DNA of 64,000 nt from an uncultured virus (IMG/VR IMGVR_UViG_3300032247_001667) (Duplodnaviria > Heunggongvirae > Uroviricota > Caudoviricetes): IMG/VR virus record IMGVR_UViG_3300032247_001667. The stretch is one strand, 5' to 3'. This document shows, in pieces, positions 38,701 through 47,626 of this stretch (positions are counted from its first letter, which is position 1; every line of letters starts with the position of its first letter). Below the pieces are notes generated by a model that saw only the letters and a list, made by a program, of their open reading frames with translations, ran no database searches and was not told the origin of the DNA. The position numbers and the translations under genes were made by a program.

Positions 38701-39572
38701 CAATTTTTACCAGAACCAGTAAATATAAATATTTTACCATTAGATTGTGGAGGAGTATTGACTAAACCAGTTGGCACTGCAGAAGTAGTTAATATATTTC
38801 CTAAATTATTTATAGCTATATTTCTACCAAAAAAAGAATCATTAAGGTCTTGATTTTTAATTTCTTTTGCTAAAGAATAATTAGATATACCTGTAAAAAT
38901 AGAAATGGATCCAGAATAAATATACTCAGGATTTTCACTTGCCTCTTGTCCAATAATAAATGTATCTCCAATTCTAGATATGCCAGCGCTTATTCCAAAA
39001 CCATACGTACCACTACCGCTAAATTGTTGTTTATATATCCATTTTCCATTTTGTTTTTCATAAAGATAAGCTTGACCACCTTTATTAAAAGGTGCAAGAT
39101 ATTGGGATGGCGCACCAATAATTAATTTATTGCCACTATTGATCGCTAAAGATTTACCAAATTCAGGTTCAATAATATTATTTGGGTCAGCAAAATTTCC
39201 ATTTATTCCTGTTATAACTTGAGCATATTGCCACACATCGCCGACACCACTATTAAGTAATGGGTATCCATTTATTTTTGGTGTTCCTGTTGTTCTTTTA
39301 TAAACATATAATATTCCAGTAAAAGCAGTACCAGCAGTAGTGGGATAACCATTCCCCTCTGGTGAAATGGGAATTGGGCCATCATTACATACAAAAGCTT
39401 CATCTCCTTCTCGATTTAATAAGAATTGTGTGCTAAGAATTCCTCCTCTAAATTTTAGCGCATTTGGATATGTGCCATATGGTAAACCTGGACCAGGATC
39501 ACTTTCAAACAATTGCAAATTTTTATTAAGAAAAAATTCCTGACCAGTAAAATCATATCTAACAGAATACAT
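35790..39572 (-). CDS. Large tail/virion protein with FG-GAP-like propeller and Ig/MBG-like domains
   Basis: FGKSLAIN...IIGAP repeats; GGAADVPGTFTW and KADQTINFPTI Ig-like segments. Confidence 0.7.
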   Translation of the reverse strand: MYSVRYDFTGQEFFLNKNLQLFESDPGPGLPYGTYPNALKFRGGILSTQFLLNREGDEAFVCNDGPIPISPEGNGYPTTAGTAFTGILYVYKRTTGTPKINGYPLLNSGVGDVWQYAQVITGINGNFADPNNIIEPEFGKSLAINSGNKLIIGAPSQYLAPFNKGGQAYLYEKQNGKWIYKQQFSGSGTYGFGISAGISRIGDTFIIGQEASENPEYIYSGSISIFTGISNYSLAKEIKNQDLNDSFFGRNIAINNLGNILTTSAVPTGLVNTPPQSNGKIFIFTGSGKNWDQIAKITGVGWQNNRSLSPNVKINSEGNLIAATSSQWIANGTGYSKIYILTGNISSGSWKINQEINFTPYVIKNISLNSSGNMLGISVEPGAAKTDINTPYPNEGGFPGWIRIYSGLDANKIFTGFYDLETPYPSAGNTLWPFSLPSLNPFGQNLSFNDSGNKLMVGPLPVAVYETLGTPNIITKPIGTSIQYNQSLSNSNLTGGAADVPGTFTWSNPQTIPNNTGIFNYPVTFIPSSPYYLNSLTDANVNVTKADQTINFPTILDKVITDSAFYLNATNSSSLPITYSTSSTGVIFLSGNLVILKSIGTATITASQTGNEFYNPATQISNTFQITQLPLVSKYTTDLKILKDFLVNNLDYEIQITGSLSTTKIFDINNYQPFNIGLEKDYAYGINVKSDEQLFNFGYNSNNQIISSNTYTNVSNLNIDFSENEPELDIYTQINEVLGLTYTLDNITTPSGIESTNKNELKAFTIDYKTFKTGQVLNANQIPYLTYKKYISENYCPPKQVVIQPNPTEQDPCSADFSCAICSQALKIRSNNPSQTFIDIPQAKMPYAIYGKLVDYIFTNSNPGFYRIALNDKLFSLCCQCQEQVDCKKELGVGAGGGGGTDTFIACNQDNLFDRPKNVNENTINQQYGLYFLDAITLKSIKDNYGPNSYYSGQISNVSSFIDGDRISFNQYAYPFEQVHKSIYGFDPIHSPVNAEFIYSTTNTGDKYFFTTSELVDKINLKFNSTGIYTWLPMLYAKYPSYSYGPLLSAALNDESTISLTSLQSGRLGEHQIFITFGPRAVITSYLVPKTIELQGSNDGVNWNKVVSSEDVQPVNILSTSYNTAGGTINYAAINNTKVTREITVPISATTGNRIVPSGATTTSGDLSNLIDQIESGNKQFQTGNGATIVCVPTAGKFSKICGSGYIELWIPSGCPISGAEPKESGVKEDDNGDKQQEQTQEKTMLVEENVFRVGFTDYR

Positions 39573-39605
39573 ATATTTTATTAACTTTCTTTTTGTATGA
39601 TAAAA

Positions 39606-39611
39606 TTACAC
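39606..39611 (-). promoter_or_regulatory. GTGTAA element without the AGG doublet
   Basis: Intergenic TTACAC, 33 nt from ATG 39572. Confidence 0.65.
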
Positions 39612-39620
39612 TTTTTCATT

Positions 39621-42600
39621 TTATGTTCCATTTCCATCTATCTTTGGATACTTCAAGTACTCGCCAGTACAATAAGTTCTGTTTGGTGCTTTTAATTCTA
39701 AATTTGATTTCAATGATTTTAATCTATCTTGAGAGACTGCTATTCCAGAAGCTCCAAAATTAAAATCACAAACATTATAAACATTTTGGCTTTTTACATT
39801 TATATTAGATATACTCTTTTGATTTCCACTTATATAACTAATATTTAAATTACTAACTAAAGGTTCCTTTTTAGAATCTTCATAAAATCCACTATTTAAA
39901 ATATAACAATGCATATCCATGTCACAATCATCTATCGCTGTATCAGAATATCCATAAAGATTGCACTCTAATAAAAGAACATGAGGTTGATTTTCTTTTG
40001 GAAGATTATTTAATAATGGAGAACAATCAGTACAATTAGTTTTTGTATTTTTTGTAATATTTTCAGTATAATAAATTGGTGATGTTGCATTAGGATAATA
40101 ATTAGAAATAATATTCCATTTATTGAAAAGATAATAATAAACTTCATTTCTATTTAAATAATTTAAACCACTATCATAAACTAATATCTCAAGAATTGCA
40201 CCATCTAGTCCTTGAGCGTCTCCGCTATAATACATAGATGGCCCAACAGGATAAGTATCAGAGATTACTGATTTTTTTATAAATTTATCATTACTTCCAA
40301 TTAAAAGTTGCCCAAAATTAAATCCAGTAGATCCACTATAAATTAATAAATTATTTACATAATATTCAAATCTTCCAGTATCCATTACAAGATTTCCAAT
40401 TTGACCTCCTTGATAAAAAACTCCGCTATTAACTCTTGCAGGATCACCTATACCAGTAAAATTAAATAATTTTCCAGTATTTAAAGTAGACATATAGAAA
40501 CCACTATTATTATAACTCTGAATAGATCTTTGATTTTGTCCAAAATTTCCAGTTTCAACAAAAAATATAGATATTGGAAGTTTTCCACTATATCCACTAA
40601 TTAACATATTAGAACCATTAGTAAATTTAATAGAAGGAAGAATTTGATTGTCCATTTTTGGCAATAATAAATCATCAAAAGGTTGTGCATTTAAAAAATC
40701 AAAATGATATCCAATTCCAGAAACCTCAAAAGAACCAGAGGCGAGCTTTCCATTTGTTGTTAAATTGGAAATACTCATATCAAAATTAAAAGTTGAATTT
40801 AAATTAGTTACTTCTGTTTTATTTGAAATTTCGATTGATCCAGTTGTATAGTTTGGAACAACAAAAGCTGAAAAATTAACTCCAGGAGTAAATGCATATT
40901 TAATTCCAGTTTTAATTGGATTTACATTTACATTTCCAGTAATTGAATTAAAGTTTAATTGACCTGCTCCCCAATTTGCTATATTATTAGGATTTCCAGA
41001 AAAAGCACAACTATTATTAATACCAGCATTAATCCCAGATATTCCAGTTGGTCCTAAATATTTTGTTATAAATATATTTAATAAATTAACAAAAGAATTT
41101 GAATTTCCACAACCAGTAACTTTACTTGTTTCTAATAAAGCAATTGAAGAATCAAATCCTGCGCTCACTTTAGAAACGCCAGTCAAGTAAATTAAATTAG
41201 ATGTTTTACCATAACCATCATCTCCAAATCCACTTATTGTTTTATTATTCAATAAAATTAAAGAATTATAATAACCAGCACTAATTCCAGAAATATCGGT
41301 TACTCCACTTAATGACTTAGTTTCTCCAAACTCATTAGTTCCCCAACCCGTAACAGTTCTATCTGAGAATAATGCTAAACTATGACTTGCTCCAGCGGAT
41401 ATATCTATAACTCCATATAAATTATTTCCATTAGAAGCTTGTCCATAAGTATCATCTCCAAATCCAACAAGTGTTCCATCTGAGAATAATGCCAAAGCAT
41501 GATTAGTTCCAGCGCTTATTTTAATAATATTATTAAGACTATTTGCGTAAGTATTTTGCCCATAACTATCGTATCCCCATCCCGTGACTTTTCCATTATT
41601 AAGTAAAGCTAAACTAAAATTTTCTCCAGCTGAAACATTTAATACCCCAGTCAGATTATTACCATTAGAAGCTTGTCCATAACCATTAGTTCCCCATCCA
41701 GTTACTCTACCACCACTCAAAACTGCTAAACTATGACCATATCCTGCTGAAATTTGAATTGCACCAGTTAAATTGAAACCTTGAGAAACTTGTCCATAGT
41801 CATCATTTCCCCAGCCAGTTACTTTTCCACTTGTATTTAAAATTCCTAATACATGTCCATATCCAGCAGATATGTCAATAAAACTACTTGCATTTAAACT
41901 TATATTTTTAGTTATATTATGCAATTTAGTTAATTGATTTAAATAATCGTAACCCCAACCAGTAATTATATTTCCACTTTTTAAAACTGCTAAACTGTGA
42001 AATTTTCCTGCACTTATTTCTATTCCACTTGTTAGATTTAATCCTTGAGAAACTTGACCATAATCATCATTTCCCCAACCAGTAATTTTACCACTATTTA
42101 TTAATATAGCTAAATTATGATAAGATCCTGCAGAAATTCCAGATACCCCAGTTAAATTCAAACCTTGAGAAACTTGACCATAATCATCATTTCCCCAACC
42201 AGTAACTTTATTATTTTTTAATAGAGCTATTGCATGTGCTGATCCAGCGCTTACTTTGTTAACTCCAGTCAAATTTAATCCACTTGAAACTTGACCATAA
42301 GTATTATTTCCCCAACCTGTAATTCTATTATTATCTAATAAAGCAAAAGCAAAATCTGGCCCAATTGCCAAATCAATAACTCCAGTTAAAATTCCTACTG
42401 GACTACTATTCCAATCTCCTGTAAAAATATTATTTGAATCATTTAAAGTTATACCAGCTATTCTACCATAAGCATTATTTCCAAATCCAGTTATTTTTTT
42501 ATTTTTTAATAATGCTAAAACGTATTCTTTTTGATATTGTTGACTCTCAAAAGAATATTCAATAAATTGTTGATTTAATTGTAATTCTCCAGTTCTTGAA

Positions 42601-45600
42601 TGACTACAAGAATATATTTTTTCAATATTGTTTGATATTTTATAGAAATTAATTAGATCATTATCTGTAAATGCTTGATTATTATAATATAAAACTCCAT
42701 GATTTTGTCCAGTTAGATAATTTGTATTTAAATTATATTGATAAGTATAAGTTGTGCTATCTCCAGAAGTAAATATTTTTAATGTATTGTTATTTAAAAT
42801 TTCAGCAAGTAATTGGTAATTTCCACTACTATTGGCATTTATTGAATCCCTTAAACCAGTAATTCCACTAAAAAATCCAACTCCAGTTAATGTATTTGAG
42901 TAATTAAATGTAGATGTATTATTTAACGTTAAAAAATCTCCATTTTTAAGATTATTTAATTTTAAAATTCCAGAAAAAGGTTTAATATTAATCAAAGAAA
43001 ATCCAGTATTTGAATAAAAAGAAATGGCGTCGCCACTATTGTAAAAATTATTATATCCTGGGCCAAAATTAACTTTATTTTTCCAAAAAATTAAATTATT
43101 ATCACTAGATATAGCAGATAGACTATCCATAGCATCTAATTGAATTTTAATATTTGGTATATTGTAAGAAGATGGTAGACCTTCATTAGTATATGGTTGA
43201 GGTGGACATGTTTTATCGTATGATGATATATAATAAGTACCAACATATGGTTGATTATATGAAATATCCCCAATCGCACCAATAGCTTTAATATTTCCGC
43301 TGTAATTCATAGCCGTACTCCATCCGAAGTATTGTCCAGAAGTTAAATTAGTATTTTGACCATATTTTCTCCAATTAGTTCCACTTCCAGTATAAATATA
43401 AATTATACCAACTCCAGAAATACCATAAACATTTGCATTGTAAGCCCCAATAACTGCCTGATTACCAATTCCATTCAAACTAACAGATGAACCAAAATAA
43501 TCATTAGGCAATCCATCAAATGTGGTAAGTTTTGCTGTTTGAATCCAACTATTTCCGCTCCCAGTGAATACATAAGCTGCTCCAGAATAACCACTGACTC
43601 CAGGAGCTCCAACTAAAGCTATATTTCCTAAGCTATTTATACTAACACTTGTTCCAAATCTATCTCCAGATTTTATATCGGTAGAAGTAATTCTAGCAGT
43701 TTGATTCCAAGTGTTCCTTGAACCAGTAAAAATAAAAGCTGAACCAGAGGTATAATCTGAATTTGGAGATCCTATAATAATTGTATTTCCTACGGTATTT
43801 ACATCAATTGAAGCACCAAAAAGATCTCCAGATTTTCTATTATTAACTCCAGTAAGTTTTATAACTTGAGTCCAATTACTTTGAGTTCCAGTAAATATAT
43901 AAGCTGCTCCAGAACCATTATTTGCTCCAACTGCGCCAACTACTGTTAAATTTCCCAATCCATTTAAACTTACAGAAGAGCCAAAGTAATCATTAAATTG
44001 ATTATTTCCACTTCCAGTTATTTTGACTGCTTGATTTAGTCCAGTTCCATAACCAGTAAAAATATAAACTGCTCCAGCGCCAGTAATATTATTTATTTTT
44101 GAGTTTGAAGCACCAATGCAAACTATATTTCCTACATCATTTATAGATGAACTAGAACCAAATTGATCTCCAGATCCAATTCCTTGACCAGTAATTTTAG
44201 CTATTGCGTACCAATTATTACCTTGTCCACTTAATAAATAGGCTCTTCCTGCACCAGATATATTATTTTCTGTAGTATTTATTGCAGTAGCAACTGCTAT
44301 ATCACCTAAACCATTTAAAGCAACACTATAACCCAAATAAGAATAAGCTGAAATTGGATCATCCAAACTGGTTCTAGGTGTTTCAACTAATCTAATTTGT
44401 ACTGGTCTTCTTGGAATTAAATAATAATTATTACATATATCATAATATTTAAGATATTGTTCTGAAATTTCCTCTACCTCTGGAAGATAATTATTTGAAG
44501 ATACTTTATATTCGTAAGGTTCTATTCCAGAAATTAAAGCAGAATAAATTTTATTTGAATAATTTTTTAATGAAAGACTTCTTGATCCTAAAATTTCATC
44601 TATATTTACTAAACTAGTAGCAGCAATTTTATCACATTCTAAATTTGGAACATATTTATAACTTGTTATATCTTGTCCAGATTTGTTTATATCAAGAGTA
44701 TTATAATATTCATTATCTACAAATGGAATTAATTTTTTAGAATTTAAATTTAGTGTCCTAAATAGTAATGGCAAATAATTCTCATCTCTAAAATAAGAAT
44801 TATCTTCTGTAGATTTTGATATAGAAAAACATCCATTAAAAATTTCATCATTTGTTATAAAACTTACAAAGTCTTTTGTAGAAAGATCATTTACTGGTAT
44901 TCTTTCAGAATTTGCTAATATATCTGGATTTGTATCAATAAGACTATACGGGTTATAATTTAAATTTATTGTAAAACTTTTTAACTCATAAGATGGAGAA
45001 TCACAATTAGTTTCATTTATTATATTTTCATTAATTGTTAAATTTGCTGAATCAACGCATCCATAACAACCTTTTAGCAAATATCCTTTACCAAAAAAAT
45101 TACTATTGCTATTAAAACCAGTTTGATTTACATTTCCACTATATTCATAATTAAATTTATTAATTAATGTAATTAAATCTTGCGGATTAGACCATTCATT
45201 ATTATTTAGATCAGCTTGAGAAGTACTAGTTGTATATTTAAAAGATGGAATTGGATATGAACCACCAGCTATCGTCCAAGGATCAGGGGAAGGATTATAG
45301 CCATAATAATTAGAATGTATATTTTTATAAGTAACATCACCAGCTTCTCCTGCGGAATAATCAAAAAGATTCCATGATGTCCCATTAAAAGATATTATAC
45401 CATTTGCACCTCGAAAATTATTATTAGGAGATGATCTTGTATAAATTCCATTAGAAGTTGCTGTACCTGCGCCTTCAACAATTATTTGACTAACGTATGT
45501 ATTATATATAAATTTTAAATTATTACCAAAATAATTAATAATACCACTTGGATTAGAAGGGCATATATTTATATTTTCATAAGCAGCTTTTAATTTTTCA

Positions 45601-45872
45601 TAATTAACAGTTATAGTGTCAGTTCTACTTGGTAATGTATATACTTTACTTGTACTTTTAGGATCAACTCTATCAAAGATTGGCTCTAAATAATTAATAA
45701 ATGATATTTTACCAGTTTTTGGCAAATGAAGAAAATCAATATAATATGGGTTATTAAATCTATTAAACTCTATTTCGCTTAATGTAACAGGAGGGAAAAA
45801 ATATTGATTACCACTATAATAAGCGCCAAATTGTAAAGACCATATCTTATATTTTTTATAATAATTTTCCAT
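39621..45872 (-). CDS. 2083-aa adhesin-like tail protein: FG-GAP propeller, RCC1 repeats and interrupted LamG-like domain
   Basis: DxFGSSVSLNxxGN...VGA...GAAYIFTG repeats; many VTGWG RCC1 repeats; C-terminal EILVYDSGL...YLFNKW. Confidence 0.8.
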   Translation of the reverse strand: MENYYKKYKIWSLQFGAYYSGNQYFFPPVTLSEIEFNRFNNPYYIDFLHLPKTGKISFINYLEPIFDRVDPKSTSKVYTLPSRTDTITVNYEKLKAAYENINICPSNPSGIINYFGNNLKFIYNTYVSQIIVEGAGTATSNGIYTRSSPNNNFRGANGIISFNGTSWNLFDYSAGEAGDVTYKNIHSNYYGYNPSPDPWTIAGGSYPIPSFKYTTSTSQADLNNNEWSNPQDLITLINKFNYEYSGNVNQTGFNSNSNFFGKGYLLKGCYGCVDSANLTINENIINETNCDSPSYELKSFTINLNYNPYSLIDTNPDILANSERIPVNDLSTKDFVSFITNDEIFNGCFSISKSTEDNSYFRDENYLPLLFRTLNLNSKKLIPFVDNEYYNTLDINKSGQDITSYKYVPNLECDKIAATSLVNIDEILGSRSLSLKNYSNKIYSALISGIEPYEYKVSSNNYLPEVEEISEQYLKYYDICNNYYLIPRRPVQIRLVETPRTSLDDPISAYSYLGYSVALNGLGDIAVATAINTTENNISGAGRAYLLSGQGNNWYAIAKITGQGIGSGDQFGSSSSINDVGNIVCIGASNSKINNITGAGAVYIFTGYGTGLNQAVKITGSGNNQFNDYFGSSVSLNGLGNLTVVGAVGANNGSGAAYIFTGTQSNWTQVIKLTGVNNRKSGDLFGASIDVNTVGNTIIIGSPNSDYTSGSAFIFTGSRNTWNQTARITSTDIKSGDRFGTSVSINSLGNIALVGAPGVSGYSGAAYVFTGSGNSWIQTAKLTTFDGLPNDYFGSSVSLNGIGNQAVIGAYNANVYGISGVGIIYIYTGSGTNWRKYGQNTNLTSGQYFGWSTAMNYSGNIKAIGAIGDISYNQPYVGTYYISSYDKTCPPQPYTNEGLPSSYNIPNIKIQLDAMDSLSAISSDNNLIFWKNKVNFGPGYNNFYNSGDAISFYSNTGFSLINIKPFSGILKLNNLKNGDFLTLNNTSTFNYSNTLTGVGFFSGITGLRDSINANSSGNYQLLAEILNNNTLKIFTSGDSTTYTYQYNLNTNYLTGQNHGVLYYNNQAFTDNDLINFYKISNNIEKIYSCSHSRTGELQLNQQFIEYSFESQQYQKEYVLALLKNKKITGFGNNAYGRIAGITLNDSNNIFTGDWNSSPVGILTGVIDLAIGPDFAFALLDNNRITGWGNNTYGQVSSGLNLTGVNKVSAGSAHAIALLKNNKVTGWGNDDYGQVSQGLNLTGVSGISAGSYHNLAILINSGKITGWGNDDYGQVSQGLNLTSGIEISAGKFHSLAVLKSGNIITGWGYDYLNQLTKLHNITKNISLNASSFIDISAGYGHVLGILNTSGKVTGWGNDDYGQVSQGFNLTGAIQISAGYGHSLAVLSGGRVTGWGTNGYGQASNGNNLTGVLNVSAGENFSLALLNNGKVTGWGYDSYGQNTYANSLNNIIKISAGTNHALALFSDGTLVGFGDDTYGQASNGNNLYGVIDISAGASHSLALFSDRTVTGWGTNEFGETKSLSGVTDISGISAGYYNSLILLNNKTISGFGDDGYGKTSNLIYLTGVSKVSAGFDSSIALLETSKVTGCGNSNSFVNLLNIFITKYLGPTGISGINAGINNSCAFSGNPNNIANWGAGQLNFNSITGNVNVNPIKTGIKYAFTPGVNFSAFVVPNYTTGSIEISNKTEVTNLNSTFNFDMSISNLTTNGKLASGSFEVSGIGYHFDFLNAQPFDDLLLPKMDNQILPSIKFTNGSNMLISGYSGKLPISIFFVETGNFGQNQRSIQSYNNSGFYMSTLNTGKLFNFTGIGDPARVNSGVFYQGGQIGNLVMDTGRFEYYVNNLLIYSGSTGFNFGQLLIGSNDKFIKKSVISDTYPVGPSMYYSGDAQGLDGAILEILVYDSGLNYLNRNEVYYYLFNKWNIISNYYPNATSPIYYTENITKNTKTNCTDCSPLLNNLPKENQPHVLLLECNLYGYSDTAIDDCDMDMHCYILNSGFYEDSKKEPLVSNLNISYISGNQKSISNINVKSQNVYNVCDFNFGASGIAVSQDRLKSLKSNLELKAPNRTYCTGEYLKYPKIDGNGT
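42043..42205. repeat. Exact 43-bp direct repeat (42043-42085 and 42163-42205) within the RCC1 repeats
   Basis: ccttgagaaacttgaccataatcatcatttccccaaccagtaa twice at 120-bp period; a diverged third copy starts near 41779. Confidence 0.85.
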
Positions 45873-45899
45873 TTGCCTTATACCTTAATATTATTACAC
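45873..45899 (-). promoter_or_regulatory. GTGTAA-N8-AGG-N4-AGG element
   Basis: Reverse complement GTGTAA TAATATTA AGG TATA AGG CAA ATG. Confidence 0.8.
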
Positions 45900-47588
45900 T
45901 TAAGTTAATCTCTTATCTATAAGACCTAAAGTTACTCCACCACATACTTTATATAGTATTGGAAATCTTTTATCATTAGGAATTGTGAATGTGATATATC
46001 TTTCAACATATTCTGTATCATTACCCAATTCATCAATTAATAAATAGGTATTATATGTTCCTGGAAGAGTTGGTGTACCTTGAATAGTATATAGTATATA
46101 TTCATAATTTTGGTTAATTCCAACTGGTTTTGGTAAATAAACATTTTGATAATTATACCCAGTTACTGCAATACCAGATCCAGTTATTCCAAATCCAGTT
46201 AAATTTCCAGTAACTTGTGCTGGTATATTTCCAGGACTAAAAGTTTTAACAATTGGAGCATTTAAAGCAAATAGACTATGATTGTATCCTGCGGAAATAT
46301 TTGTTACTCCAGTTAAAATATTATTTGTATATAAATTTGAAATTTGTCTATTTAAATTTAATCCCCATCCAGTTACTCTTCCATTTTCTAATAATGCTAA
46401 ATTATGATTATATGATGTATTTATATCAATAACTCCAGTTAACAATCCAGCTGGAGTACCAGACCATGAAATAACATCTTGCGAACCTTGCACTTGATTA
46501 TAGGAGTTATTGCCCCAACCAGTTATTCTTTTATTATTTAAAAGAGCAATAGTATGATTTTCTCCTGCAGAAATTTTAGTTATACCAGTAACAATATAAC
46601 CACCAGTAATTTTGCTATAAGAATTATCTCCAAATCCAGTAATCGTTCCATTATTTAAAAGAACCATACTATGATTTGATCCTGCGCTTACTTGTATAGC
46701 TCCAGTAATTTTTCCCACTGGAGTTTGATTCCAATCATAAAAACCAGTTGTTCCAGAAACTTGAGTGGAAAGATTAGATCCCCATCCAGTAACTTTTCCA
46801 TTTTTTAATAAAGCTAAACTATGAATAGTTCCAACTGATATTCCACTTATTCCAGTTAAATTATTTCCTCCATTAGATTGATTGCTTGAATCTAATCCAA
46901 AACCACTTACTATATCATTCTCAAAAAGAACTAAAGTATGAGAACTTTTTGTAGCTAAACTCTTTACTCCAGTTAATAATGATTGTAATTGAGATAAATT
47001 TTGCCCGTAGGTATTGATTCCCCAACCAGTTATTGTTTTATTATTAAATAATCCTATACTATAATTTGTTCCAGCAAATACAGAATTAATACCAGTTAGT
47101 CCATTTGAATTTGTACACTGAAGATCTGTATTATCTCCTGTAGCAAAAATTCCACTTACTCCATATCCATTGGTTGAAATAGGTTGATATTGTTTAAAAA
47201 GTGGGCCAAGTAAACCTGTTAATCCAGTTATTCCTATTCCAACTAATACTGGTCTGCTATCATAAGCTATTTCTCCAGTATTTATAGGTTTTAAACCATT
47301 TAATGATGTAGCTAATGATAATCCTGGAGGTAAATTATTTATTGAAATTAATCTTGATGAAAAAATTCCTGTATTTCCAGTATTCAATATACTAATTGAC
47401 ATGAATGCCTCTGAAGAAGTAGTTAAACTATGAAATCCTCCAGCGCTTATTTTTTTTATTTTATTTAATGTTATTGGAGAAGTTAATTGGAATTCAAGAC
47501 CTCTTCCTATTCCATATACTCCACTATCACTTGTGATATAAAGATTGTGATAATATCCTGCACTAATATCAATTGTATCGCATGCCAT
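45900..47588 (-). CDS. RCC1-repeat tail/virion protein
   Basis: ISAGxxH...VTGWG repeats; NLPPGLS and IQGTPT resemble a He_PIG-type Ig domain. Confidence 0.8.
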   Translation of the reverse strand: MACDTIDISAGYYHNLYITSDSGVYGIGRGLEFQLTSPITLNKIKKISAGGFHSLTTSSEAFMSISILNTGNTGIFSSRLISINNLPPGLSLATSLNGLKPINTGEIAYDSRPVLVGIGITGLTGLLGPLFKQYQPISTNGYGVSGIFATGDNTDLQCTNSNGLTGINSVFAGTNYSIGLFNNKTITGWGINTYGQNLSQLQSLLTGVKSLATKSSHTLVLFENDIVSGFGLDSSNQSNGGNNLTGISGISVGTIHSLALLKNGKVTGWGSNLSTQVSGTTGFYDWNQTPVGKITGAIQVSAGSNHSMVLLNNGTITGFGDNSYSKITGGYIVTGITKISAGENHTIALLNNKRITGWGNNSYNQVQGSQDVISWSGTPAGLLTGVIDINTSYNHNLALLENGRVTGWGLNLNRQISNLYTNNILTGVTNISAGYNHSLFALNAPIVKTFSPGNIPAQVTGNLTGFGITGSGIAVTGYNYQNVYLPKPVGINQNYEYILYTIQGTPTLPGTYNTYLLIDELGNDTEYVERYITFTIPNDKRFPILYKVCGGVTLGLIDKRLT

Positions 47589-47620
47589 ATTAATACCTTA
47601 TTCCTTTATAAAAATTACAC
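47589..47620 (-). promoter_or_regulatory. GTGTAA-N9-AGG-N4-AGG element
   Basis: Reverse complement GTGTAA TTTTTATAA AGG AATA AGG TATTAAT ATG. Confidence 0.8.
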
Positions 47621-47626
47621 ATACTA

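Noticed and set aside
41779..42205. Near-identical repeats as a DGR template/variable pair or a CRISPR array
   Set aside because: They are in-frame RCC1 coding repeats; no reverse transcriptase is in the window and the intervening sequence is itself repeat-coding
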